From: a virus
Strand: one strand, 5' to 3'
DNA: 64,000 nucleotides
Virus record (IMG/VR): IMGVR_UViG_3300045988_072133
Location: 32,001-96,000 of that record
Shown here: piece after piece, positions 29,301 to 37,863 of the stretch
How positions within the stretch are numbered: the stretch's first letter is position 1
Layout: the number at the start of each line of letters is the position of its first letter
Translations under genes and position numbers: made by a program
Notes under the pieces: generated by a model
Databases searched by the model: none
Told to the model about the DNA's origin: nothing
What the model saw: only the letters and a program-made list of their open reading frames with translations

Positions 29301-29569
29301 TGTTTAAGATATTGATTAAAATCTATTTTTCTAAAAGCGTCAATAATTCTTAATTCAGTAGAACTAATATTTTTCTCTGTCATATCCTCAGATTCATCAC
29401 TTACTATAAAAAGTGTCTGAAATCCTTTATCATATAAGAGCTGAAGTTCTAGACCAATAGATACTTTATTATTTTCAGCTGAGAATGGACCCCATAATAT
29501 TAACTTATAGGGAGGAGTATAAGCTTCATTAAACGCCTCAATATAAGCTGTTAGATGCTTCATTCTCAT
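29285..29569 (-). CDS. hypothetical protein (not GroES-like)
   Basis: 94-aa ORF directly downstream of chaperonin gene; lacks GroES mobile-loop or beta-barrel signature. Confidence 0.4.
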   Translation of the reverse strand: MRMKHLTAYIEAFNEAYTPPYKLILWGPFSAENNKVSIGLELQLLYDKGFQTLFIVSDESEDMTEKNISSTELRIIDAFRKIDFNQYLKQWKEN

Positions 29570-31052
29570 TAATTATTACACATTTAGTAGATAAGAACAT
29601 ATATGCTACAGAAAGCGCATTCTCTATAGAGACTCTTGTTACTTTAGCAGGGTCTAAAATATTAGACTCTAAAGCATCTTCATAATAGATAGGCATAGTG
29701 TCAAGAATAAGCTTTCTACATGCCATGAGAGCTTTAGCTAAAATATAATATCCTTTCTTCTCTAAAGTCTTAGAGATGTCTTCCTGTATAATGCCTGCTC
29801 CTACAACTACTCCTTCTTCAATAGCAGCTCTAGTAGCACATACTGCATCCTCAATCCTATCTTTCTTCTCAGACATTTCAATTTCTGTAGGTGCTCCTAC
29901 ATAAATAACAGCTACTCCACCAGATAATTTAGCAATTCGAGATTTAATATCATCTATAAGATATTTAGGATAATCGTTTTTTAATGACTCCTTAAGCATC
30001 TCTACTCTTGCTTTAATTGATTCATTAGCTTCAGTTGAACCAATAATAGTAGTATTGTCTGAAGTCACTACGACTCTTTTAACTGTACCTAACTTAATAT
30101 CATCTGTTGATGATGGATATCCCTTTAAAGGTATAATAGGTAGTTTATCATATACTGGAGATCCTGTAATTATTGAAATATCTTCTAAAAGATCTTTCTT
30201 ATATTCACCTACACCAGGCGCTCGAATTGCTGCTATTTTAAGCAATCCTCTTTGGACATTCCTAACTATAGCATTAATTACTTCAGGTGAGTAGTCATTA
30301 GCTATAAGTAGGATTTCTTCATTGTCTTGTACTATATATTCAAGGATTGAGAATAGCTCCTTAATATTATTTAGGATACCATTGTAAATTAGTACTCTAG
30401 GATTATTTAATACTACTGCTCTATTAGCAGGGTCATTAATAAAATAAGGAGAGATATATCCCTTATTAATTTGCATCCCTTCTACGGTTTCGGCATATGT
30501 ATCAAAGCCATTAGACTCTTCTAGAGTAATAACACCATCATATCCTATCTTTGATATAACATCTGCAATTAGCGTACCTATAAATTCATCCCCATTAGCA
30601 GAAATAGTAGCTATATGCTTGATGCTATCCGGAGTATCACCAACTTTGGTGGCTAGGGATTTAATAACCTCCCTAGCGACCTCGTTGGATTTCTCTAACT
30701 CTGCTCTTATAGCTTTAGGATCTGCACCTGCAACAAGTTGCTGATAGATGAGATTGATTAAAGCTTGAGCGATGATAGTTGATGTTGTAGTCCCATCTCC
30801 TGCCATATCTGCTGTCTTAGCAGCAGCTTCTTTGACAAGCTGTACACCTACATCATATAGTGGCTCTGAAGAATTTATAGCTCTGGCTACAGTAACACCG
30901 TCCTTCGTAACCTTCGGATAGTTATCCTCATATATAACTACTGTATTACCTTTAGGTCCGAAGGTAACCTTTACAGCATCTGCTAAAAGGTCAACTCCTT
31001 TCTTAACCTCAGAAAGAGCATCTAAACCAAATACTATATCCTTACTCTTCAT
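29538..31052 (-). CDS. groEL: GroEL-like (Cpn60) chaperonin
   Basis: N-terminus LADAVKVTFGPKGNTVV..TKDGVTVARAI parallels GroEL VLADAVKVTLGPKGRNVV..TKDGVSVAREI; equatorial ATP motif MAGDGTTTSTIIAQAL present. 504 aa, C-terminus lacks the GGM repeat tail. Confidence 0.85.
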   Translation of the reverse strand: MKSKDIVFGLDALSEVKKGVDLLADAVKVTFGPKGNTVVIYEDNYPKVTKDGVTVARAINSSEPLYDVGVQLVKEAAAKTADMAGDGTTTSTIIAQALINLIYQQLVAGADPKAIRAELEKSNEVAREVIKSLATKVGDTPDSIKHIATISANGDEFIGTLIADVISKIGYDGVITLEESNGFDTYAETVEGMQINKGYISPYFINDPANRAVVLNNPRVLIYNGILNNIKELFSILEYIVQDNEEILLIANDYSPEVINAIVRNVQRGLLKIAAIRAPGVGEYKKDLLEDISIITGSPVYDKLPIIPLKGYPSSTDDIKLGTVKRVVVTSDNTTIIGSTEANESIKARVEMLKESLKNDYPKYLIDDIKSRIAKLSGGVAVIYVGAPTEIEMSEKKDRIEDAVCATRAAIEEGVVVGAGIIQEDISKTLEKKGYYILAKALMACRKLILDTMPIYYEDALESNILDPAKVTRVSIENALSVAYMFLSTKCVIINENEASNSLY

Positions 31053-31053
31053 A

Positions 31054-31446
31054 TTAAAGAAGTTTACTAATAAGTTTATTCATTTCAGTAATAGCGTCTG
31101 CCAGTTCCTTAACTAAGGCTTTTGAATCAGCAGGACTAAATTCATCTTCTGTTAAATCTTCAGGAACTTTCTCATCCTTTCCCTCATTAATACATTCTCT
31201 ATGAAGAATAAACCAAGACATACTGTGAATATCCTCTTGTGAGGGAACATATTCTACTGCTCCAATGGGAGTCACCAACATTAGCAAAGGTTTCTTAGGA
31301 TACCCATAATCTACATGAGGTAGGACTTCCATAATTACACTGCCATTTGAGGCATATTTGGATTTTGTCATGACTAGATTATCAGGATCCTCCATAATTT
31401 TACTTAAGGCTTCACCAAAGGTGTAATACTTTCTTCTTGCTTCCAT
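31054..31446 (-). CDS. hypothetical protein
   Basis: 130-aa ORF. Confidence 0.45.
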   Translation of the reverse strand: MEARRKYYTFGEALSKIMEDPDNLVMTKSKYASNGSVIMEVLPHVDYGYPKKPLLMLVTPIGAVEYVPSQEDIHSMSWFILHRECINEGKDEKVPEDLTEDEFSPADSKALVKELADAITEMNKLISKLL

Positions 31447-31459
31447 AATTAATTATTGA

Positions 31460-31642
31460 TTATTTCTCCTTATTTACTACTTCCTTGCCAAACTTATCAA
31501 TAGCCCAGTAGGAAGCGATACCTGCAGCATAACTGCACAGACTCAACAATGTCCCATAAAAAGGGACAATTTTAATCATTGCGACAATAGCTAAAACAAC
31601 AGCTGTGCCAATCCCAATTTTAATCCAAGTTTTCTTGCTCAT
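31460..31642 (-). CDS. small membrane protein
   Basis: 60 aa, two hydrophobic helices. Confidence 0.4.
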   Translation of the reverse strand: MSKKTWIKIGIGTAVVLAIVAMIKIVPFYGTLLSLCSYAAGIASYWAIDKFGKEVVNKEK

Positions 31643-31661
31643 AAAAGTTAAATTTAATTAG

Positions 31662-31734
31662 CTGGGAGAACAGGGTTCGAACCTGCGTTACCTTGATTAA
31701 CAGTCAAGTGCCTAAACCATTCAGCCATCTCCCA
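31662..31734 (-). tRNA. trnN: tRNA-Asn (anticodon GTT)
   Basis: Minus-strand 73-nt cloverleaf: acceptor TGGGAGA/TCTCCCA, U8, anticodon stem CTTGA/TCAAG with loop CTGTTAA (GUU), T-loop TTCGAAC, discriminator G. Confidence 0.75.
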
Positions 31735-31882
31735 AAGAAAGGGTTTTATGGACTTTGTAAAGAACTTTACATTACCAAGGGTACACCCTTACCCGTGCCA
31801 GCAGAGAACCTGCTGCATTTGACATGAATAATAGTATTTATTGACAACTACCCTTGTAGGGTTACACAAGCTAAAATAATAC

Positions 31883-32131
31883 CTATAAATACAAACTATA
31901 GCTTAGTAAACTATTAAAGGCTAGGAATTTAATTAGAAACCCAATACTACCTCCTAGTACTGTTAATATCCAATCAATCCAATCCCATTTACCTCCATGC
32001 TGTTTATCTTTAAATTCCATTCCGCTAGCTACCCCTATAGCTAATCCCAAATCAATAAAGCCTACAGGTATAGCATAAATAAAATGCTTTCCTCTATTCG
32101 AGGCTTTAAACCATTCTAATATTCTTTTCAT
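31883..32131 (-). CDS. two-TM small membrane protein (holin-like candidate)
   Basis: 82 aa with two hydrophobic helices and charged linker. Confidence 0.4.
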   Translation of the reverse strand: MKRILEWFKASNRGKHFIYAIPVGFIDLGLAIGVASGMEFKDKQHGGKWDWIDWILTVLGGSIGFLIKFLAFNSLLSYSLYL

Positions 32132-32186
32132 CTTAAATGTGATACAAAGATAAGTAAAATTTCCTATATTAGGAATGTTATAAGTA

Positions 32187-33041
32187 TTATTTTAATTTAT
32201 TCCCAATAAAATCACTTATATTTTTATAAATTTCTGCTGGATAGCATTCAGTTCTACCGTTAAAGTAAACTAAAGGCATCTTTCTTATAGGTCTAAACTG
32301 TTTATGGATTAATTTCTCTAGGTTATATATTTTTGAAGCATCTCCTTCAAATACATCTATTACTTCTACAGAATAGATTTTAGGTATTTGAATTAATCTG
32401 GTATTAATATTTTTATGAGAAGTGATTCCTACTTTTAAGAACTCCCCTTCTATTTCAGATTTTAACTTTACAATATATAACTTTCCTATACCATTATTTT
32501 TTGAACACTGCTTCTTAAAAATATGTCGAGAATATCCTTTATATTCTAATGCACACTCTGGACATCCTGAGTGATTATGAATAGCATTAGAAACACTTAC
32601 TTCAAAATCACCATGTATAGGACAAGTAATTATTACTTTATCTCTACTAGAGATAGGGTTACATTTTTCATAAGTATAGAAATTACCTAAAGAATCTTTA
32701 ATCTTTTGTAAATACTTAGATTTCTTAGTAGTAAGATTTAAGATAGTCTCTACATTAGGTGAGTACTTTTGTACTCTACAAAATTGGGCAGTTTCCTTAT
32801 TTAAGACTACAATTTTAGTTCCTTCCAACTCAATAGCTTCTAAAGAGGTTTCCTTAAAAGTATTTTCATTAAGATACTTTAGATAAGAACTAGAAATCAT
32901 ACTTTGTACTCCAAAAGTAAATCTACTAACTGAACCTTTTACACATCTGTAAATGTAACCATCTTTCTCTATAAGAAACTCTATATCAGATTCTCCTATA
33001 ACATTGAGATTGTATCTTTCTTTATATAAATTGTAATTCAT
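32187..33041 (-). CDS. GIY-YIG superfamily (T5orf172-like) nuclease with zinc finger
   Basis: GKLYIVKLKSEIEGEFLKVGITSH...TRL resembles GIY-x10-YIG..R core in C-terminal half; CPIHGDFEVS..HNHSGCPEC zinc-binding motif. Confidence 0.4.
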   Translation of the reverse strand: MNYNLYKERYNLNVIGESDIEFLIEKDGYIYRCVKGSVSRFTFGVQSMISSSYLKYLNENTFKETSLEAIELEGTKIVVLNKETAQFCRVQKYSPNVETILNLTTKKSKYLQKIKDSLGNFYTYEKCNPISSRDKVIITCPIHGDFEVSVSNAIHNHSGCPECALEYKGYSRHIFKKQCSKNNGIGKLYIVKLKSEIEGEFLKVGITSHKNINTRLIQIPKIYSVEVIDVFEGDASKIYNLEKLIHKQFRPIRKMPLVYFNGRTECYPAEIYKNISDFIGNKLK

Positions 33042-33126
33042 AGTATATTGTATTAATTTTTTACAATATACTAAAAATATTTGACATTTCCAAATATTTT
33101 AGCAGTTATTTTACAAATTTAATAAA

Positions 33127-34851
33127 TTAATAATCAAAAGGATTATAAAATCCTAATCTAACAGAGTCTAAATCTCTCTCTACACCTTTATTTCTACCAA
33201 GTTCTCTCTTATTTAAATATCTCTTAGAATGTCTCTTCATATTAGGAATATCTCCAGAATGTGCTGCCTTAGTTAAGAATTTATAATCTTTAAGTCCTGG
33301 ATTATATTGAACATCTCCTAAGACTGACTGAACCTTAAACCCTAAGCTATCAAAGGATCCTTCACTAAATCTGCTATCATAAATTTTTCTTGCCTTATCA
33401 AGATATACTCCAGCTATACTATCTAAAGTATTATTAACTTGCTCGTCTGTTAAATAACCTTGTTTTTCCACAATTTTTTGTAGAGGATCTTTCTTTCCCT
33501 TATTAAGTTTAAACCCATATCCTATAGTCTTTTTACCACCTTCTACACTATCGTGAGGATACCAACGATTAGTCTTTTTATCATACCCATTATTTGATCT
33601 ATCCTTGCCATTCTCTTCTTCTACAAATCTGCGAGTCATGTCAGCTCTAACTGCACGCTCCTTTTGGATATCTCTTCTTTCTACATAGTTAGTCATTGGA
33701 AAATCAGTATATTCAACTTTAGGTATAATAGAAATTCCGGTATATCCTCCACTATCAAAATTATTAACTCTACGAAGTGTAGGTTTATAAGGAGAAGTAG
33801 CATATTCCCCAGGTCTGAGAGTATAATATCTCCCTGTAGATGAATCAATATAAAGGCTATAACCATCAGCCTTATCCTCCCTTATAGCCATACCAAAAGT
33901 AGGATGTTTGGGATTTTTAAGAATCATACCAGTTCTCGGGTCTCGCGAAGCCCAATGCTTAGATTTAGGATCATACATATCACCTACTTCTTCAGCAGTC
34001 CTATAATCATAATACTGGTCAGGATTATCATACTCATCTCTTAAAGGACCTCCAAATGCAGCTAGTTTCCTACCATCCTTTTCAAGGCTAGACTTTGTAG
34101 AAGCTACATTATTAAGCAAGTGTAATAGATATTCATCAGTATAACGATTGACTATATCAGTGTCATCATACTTCTCACGCCATTTCTTAATATCTTCTAC
34201 TGAGTATTTCTTAGTAGGATCAAGCTTATTTAAATACCTAAACTGCATTAAGCGAGAGTAGATCTCATTAGCAGAATCTTTATAAGAATTATATTGCTTA
34301 CCCTCTTGCAACTTATCCCCCTCAAAGCCATACCTAATAGCATTAATTTGAGGATCAGCATTTAAAGAGTGTGTTAACTCATGGACATCAGTACCAGCAT
34401 AAGGACTAATGTATGATATAGCATGAGTAGAGGGATTATAAGCTCCTCCAGTATGATTAGATAGCTTCTTTATAGACTCAAATTCTGAGTCAGGAACATG
34501 TGGAAACTTCGTATTACCTAGTACATCATATTGCTTAACAGTACGTAAATTCTTTAGCTGATTCTGGTACTCTTTAAAAGCAGCTCTATCAGACCAACTC
34601 TTAGGCAATATACTATAAGGAATCATTGTAGAACCACTATTTCTAAAGTTCTCACGAAACTGCTCTTGCCTATTAGATAACCACGAAGCTATGAAATCCT
34701 GAGCTTGAGTACTATGAACATTATCTACTTCACCACCATCAGCAAACTTATTGTAATGATCCCTCATAGCACTAAGTTGGGTCACTCCATTTTGTAGATA
34801 GGTTTTCATTAAATTAGACCTATCTGACATTGATAACTCTTCCCACTTCAT
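33127..34851 (-). CDS. multidomain lysin: HExxH metallopeptidase-like region + C-terminal T4-lysozyme-like (GH24-like) domain
   Basis: TDVHELTHS (HExxH); C-terminal EGGKKTIGYGF..LTDEQVNNTLDSI..FDSLGFKVQSVLGDVQYNPG parallels T4 lysozyme E..[31 protein letters not shown]. Confidence 0.5.
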   Translation of the reverse strand: MKWEELSMSDRSNLMKTYLQNGVTQLSAMRDHYNKFADGGEVDNVHSTQAQDFIASWLSNRQEQFRENFRNSGSTMIPYSILPKSWSDRAAFKEYQNQLKNLRTVKQYDVLGNTKFPHVPDSEFESIKKLSNHTGGAYNPSTHAISYISPYAGTDVHELTHSLNADPQINAIRYGFEGDKLQEGKQYNSYKDSANEIYSRLMQFRYLNKLDPTKKYSVEDIKKWREKYDDTDIVNRYTDEYLLHLLNNVASTKSSLEKDGRKLAAFGGPLRDEYDNPDQYYDYRTAEEVGDMYDPKSKHWASRDPRTGMILKNPKHPTFGMAIREDKADGYSLYIDSSTGRYYTLRPGEYATSPYKPTLRRVNNFDSGGYTGISIIPKVEYTDFPMTNYVERRDIQKERAVRADMTRRFVEEENGKDRSNNGYDKKTNRWYPHDSVEGGKKTIGYGFKLNKGKKDPLQKIVEKQGYLTDEQVNNTLDSIAGVYLDKARKIYDSRFSEGSFDSLGFKVQSVLGDVQYNPGLKDYKFLTKAAHSGDIPNMKRHSKRYLNKRELGRNKGVERDLDSVRLGFYNPFDY

Positions 34852-35273
34852 CGTATAACTCCTCCTAATTTATCAGCAGATTTCTCTACAAAGAACTTGT
34901 AATAATCATAACTCTTATGATAATAATCCTTAATTCTACAGAGTATATTATGACATCCACTAAGCAATCCTACAGTGGGTAAATACAATGGTCCTAACCA
35001 CTTACTTTGGATCCCATGACCACTCTCATGCTTAATGGAATTCTTTAAACTAAGCCTAATATTCTTGTTATTCCAATCGTATCTATTATAGTCTAAAAGT
35101 ACATAGTATCCTAGGGATATTCCCCCAGGGAATTTATCATAAATGTATACTTGTTGATTACCATACTCAAAAGTCTTTAACCTTGTAGACTCATAGAAAG
35201 GTAGCAATATTGCCCCTAATAAACTCTGGGGAAACTCCCATGTCCATCTCCTAATCTTTACCCATGTGCTCAT
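34848..35273 (-). CDS. small HExxH-motif protein (putative zinc metallopeptidase-like)
   Basis: IKHESGHGIQS motif; start overlaps upstream stop by 4 nt (coupled to lysin gene). Confidence 0.4.
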   Translation of the reverse strand: MSTWVKIRRWTWEFPQSLLGAILLPFYESTRLKTFEYGNQQVYIYDKFPGGISLGYYVLLDYNRYDWNNKNIRLSLKNSIKHESGHGIQSKWLGPLYLPTVGLLSGCHNILCRIKDYYHKSYDYYKFFVEKSADKLGGVIR

Positions 35274-35467
35274 CGCTTCTTACGTTTACGCCTCTTACTA
35301 GGCTTTACTAAAACTCTATAATCTGTAGATACCTCTACTAAATTACCATCCTCATAGGTTAACCGTAAATCTAAAAAATCTTTGGACTTCTTAATCCTTA
35401 CGTAATCTATCGAAAGATCGTAGTCCTCAACCTTAATCTCTCCTACCTGAATGCTTCTTCTTCGCAT
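35270..35467 (-). CDS. small basic protein
   Basis: 65 aa, C-terminal KPSKRRKRKKR. Confidence 0.4.
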   Translation of the reverse strand: MRRRSIQVGEIKVEDYDLSIDYVRIKKSKDFLDLRLTYEDGNLVEVSTDYRVLVKPSKRRKRKKR

Positions 35468-35609
35468 ACTTCATGCCCTCCTTGACATATTCAAAAAACT
35501 TATTCAACGTCTCCTCACTTAGAGGATATTCATCAGGACTCTCAATAGGATGATCCCTCAAAAACTCTTCAAAATCTTCGAAGGTCAACACCTTCTTCTC
35601 GTTACTCAT
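35433..35609 (-). CDS. small acidic hypothetical protein (58 aa)
   Basis: Hand-translated ORF MSNEKKVLTFEDFEEFLRDHP... filling the gap between flanking ORFs; ATG overlaps upstream stop (ATGA); below track size cutoff. Confidence 0.3.
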   Translation of the reverse strand: MSNEKKVLTFEDFEEFLRDHPIESPDEYPLSEETLNKFFEYVKEGMKYAKKKHSGRRD

Positions 35610-35788
35610 AACTTTAGTAAATCATTAATCCTAGCTACTTCATGGATAACCTCACCTAAATGCTCAGCAATGCTATCGTAAAAGTAAAACTCACCGTTAG
35701 TGGTACTATGACCACATAACTCCCTAGCTCTAGACTGCTCCTTGCGTAAAGCATCTATAACCTTCTCTAAACTACTTCTCTTACTCAT
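35606..35788 (-). CDS. first gene of minus-strand unit, hypothetical
   Basis: 60-aa ORF adjacent to divergent promoter region. Confidence 0.4.
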   Translation of the reverse strand: MSKRSSLEKVIDALRKEQSRARELCGHSTTNGEFYFYDSIAEHLGEVIHEVARINDLLKL

Positions 35789-36112
35789 AAAGATAATTTA
35801 TAAAACTTTTGCAATATACAAAAAATTTCCCATATTTCCAAATTTTTAAATAATAAAATTTTTTACAAAATAAAATTTTTTCCGGAGAAAATGTTTGAGG
35901 GTGACATATTCCCCACATTGCCCCCACCCCCGCAACCTTTTGGGGTTCTCCCCCCGTCAGGTTTCTTAGGAGGGTTAAAGAAGGCGACCCGGCCAGCCTT
36001 CGGAGGACCGAACGGTCAGTGCATCTTGCACCGTAGTTACGGAAACCTCTCGGTATAATCGTAGCCTCACCGACACAAAGCAGGTTACAACGTATCATAA
36101 ACTTATCAAGTT
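35789..36112. promoter_or_regulatory. divergent intergenic control region (strand switch) with AT-rich half and GC-rich structured half
   Basis: All upstream genes are minus, all downstream genes plus. 35790-35890 is extremely AT-rich and contains an ATATACAAAAAATTTCCCATAT palindrome-like motif. 35890-36110 is GC-rich with a TATAAT hexamer at 36054-36059. Confidence 0.45.
35814..35835. promoter_or_regulatory. degenerate copy 3 of the ATATAC-A6-TTT-YYCATAT motif at head of minus-strand block
   Basis: ATATACAAAAAATTTCCCATAT, 26 bp upstream of the first minus-strand start codon. Confidence 0.35.
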
Positions 36113-36565
36113 ATGACAAAAGCTGATATTCTCGGCAAACTGTATGCGGTGAATCTCCGGAAGGACGAGACGGATCTGGACATCGTGATCTCTCGTATCG
36201 AGCCGGTCTTCAAGTCCACCGCAAAACTCGATGCCAATGGTGAGCCCACTGGTGATCGTGAGTTCATACGTGACGAGCAGGGCAATCCCGTTGAGGATCC
36301 TCGCCGGCGTCGTATCTTCTTCAAGGTTGAAGGGGATGACGTACCTCGCAGTCAGTTCGTGTTCACCAACACGTTCACCGACGGTAAGGTTCCGACCATC
36401 ACGGACTACAAGAAGGGTCTGAATGCCCGCATGACTGTCTGGACGGATGACGAGGATCGCATCCAGGTCTCGATGGTTGCCTACAATCCTGGCGATGCTG
36501 TTGTAGTCGCCACCAGCACTCTCGAAGCTCTGAATTCGGGAAAGGTCAACTTCGCTCTGAAGTAG
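36113..36565 (+). CDS. GC-rich early hypothetical protein (150 aa)
   Basis: Clean ORF with markedly higher GC than the rest of the genome; followed by a strong hairpin + T-run terminator. Confidence 0.6.
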   Translation: MTKADILGKLYAVNLRKDETDLDIVISRIEPVFKSTAKLDANGEPTGDREFIRDEQGNPVEDPRRRRIFFKVEGDDVPRSQFVFTNTFTDGKVPTITDYKKGLNARMTVWTDDEDRIQVSMVAYNPGDAVVVATSTLEALNSGKVNFALK

Positions 36566-36575
36566 GCCACTTCTT

Positions 36576-36617
36576 TCTCCTCACACTCATCATTTGGGTG
36601 TGGGGAGATATTTTTTT
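36576..36617 (+). terminator. rho-independent terminator
   Basis: TCTCCTCACAC..loop..GTGTGGGGAGA 11-bp stem followed by TATTTTTTT, 11 nt after stop codon. Confidence 0.6.
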
Positions 36618-36700
36618 GAATCTCTCCAAGTATGCATTACCGTAGGCCGAAGGCCAAAGATAGTTTAGTTTAATGAACATCATTTAAGCTATAAATTACT

Positions 36701-36796
36701 TGCCTTCCTCCCCCCTTTCTTCCCCCCTCTTTCCTCCCCCTTAACAATCCTCCTCCTATTACCCCCCTATAATCCCCCCTCTTTCCCCCTTTCTTT
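36701..36796. repeat. polypyrimidine C6-T-rich degenerate tandem repeat tract
   Basis: ccttcctcccccctttcttcccccctctttcctccccctt...acccccctataatcccccctctttccccctttcttt: at least six C5-6 runs separated by T-rich spacers, one strand nearly pure pyrimidine. Confidence 0.7.
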
Positions 36797-37452
36797 AAAT
36801 AGGTTTTCCCCATAAATTTACTATGTCATGAGGACTTATGTTATGGTCGGTTGGCCAGAAATTCAATTAGTCATGGAACATCCCAGGTGGAGTGAATGCA
36901 GATTCTGTATTGAAACTAATGCAAACCCTTGCCCTGACTCTACTTATGCTGTACCTGTAGATATCTACAAGGAAGTATTCAAACTACCCAAATCTCTGCA
37001 TAAGAAAGCAAAGTTGTGAGTTCAGAGTGAGAGATTATCTCCCAATACCCTCTATTTCGCATTTTAAGGGCCCAAATTTGGACGATCTATATAATTTGGA
37101 GTAACTGTCCATTCCCGATATTATCTCAAGTATTTGCTACCTTAAAATCCTTTTCTCGGAAGTCTTATGTAAATATGCGCTAAAGGATTAGGATATTAAT
37201 GTATCAGATACCGTTTCACTAACTCTTATTTGCATGTATTACGCCCTAATAATGCATGCAGTTGTTACATTTAGCCCAATAGATGTAGCAATCCTAGCCT
37301 GGTTGAGGTTGATCCCTTTACCAGGCACTAACACTCATAGACTCTAATGTAGATTATAGGCAAAAGCTTATAATTTCTCTGTCCCTATAGATGTATATTA
37401 CACAATAGAGTCTATGAGTTTTTCACAGAATATTCACATAATAACTTAAGTT

Positions 37453-37863
37453 ATGAACTCATATTTGGTTGAAACAGATGATTTCACAGCCCCTATAAAT
37501 TACAATATTTTAGTAGGTGGCATCAGGTCTAAATATGGTCATGGACAATATCAGAAGCGTTACTTTCACATCATAGTAACAAGTGGTTCTATGGTCATTG
37601 CGAGTACGAATCCTGCTATAAGTAAGACTTATCCTTCACAGGATATTATTGCTTATTATAAGCAGAAGACCCTGAAAGATTTACGAATATTTACCTTTGG
37701 TAAATACAAGTATAAGACATACTTAGAGGTTATCAAGAGTGATCCTTGGTATGTCAAATGGTGTCTCCGGAACATAAAAGATTTTAGTCTCACTGCAGAT
37801 GAGAATACTTATCTTAGTGATGCATACTATCAACGTTCTTTAGACCGTATTTGGCACTTTTAA
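37453..37863 (+). CDS. hypothetical protein
   Basis: 136-aa ORF. Confidence 0.45.
   Translation: MNSYLVETDDFTAPINYNILVGGIRSKYGHGQYQKRYFHIIVTSGSMVIASTNPAISKTYPSQDIIAYYKQKTLKDLRIFTFGKYKYKTYLEVIKSDPWYVKWCLRNIKDFSLTADENTYLSDAYYQRSLDRIWHF

Noticed and set aside
29285-29569. 94-aa ORF next to GroEL as a GroES co-chaperonin
   Set aside because: The sequence lacks the GroES N-terminal M.IRPL.DRV and mobile-loop/beta-barrel pattern. Only its size is similar.
1-35800. Genome-wide stop-codon reassignment (TAG or TGA recoding as in some crAss-like phages)
   Set aside because: All large structural genes (798, 771, 767, 730, 574, 504 aa) are intact under the standard code. Only one ORF (44715-45017) has a lone in-frame TAG, and no suppressor tRNA is present in the window.
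35781-36098. 105-aa minus-strand ORF spanning the divergent control region
   Set aside because: It runs across the GC-rich leader and the AT-rich promoter region and overlaps the start of the first minus gene. Composition is mixed, so it is likely a spurious ORF in a regulatory region. The same applies to 36106-36324 (-) and 36231-36422 (+) inside the GC-rich gene.
36828-37019. 63-aa plus-strand ORF in the sparse 36.6-37.4 kb region
   Set aside because: It has no supporting signals and is isolated in a stretch that otherwise looks non-coding, so it was left uncalled.
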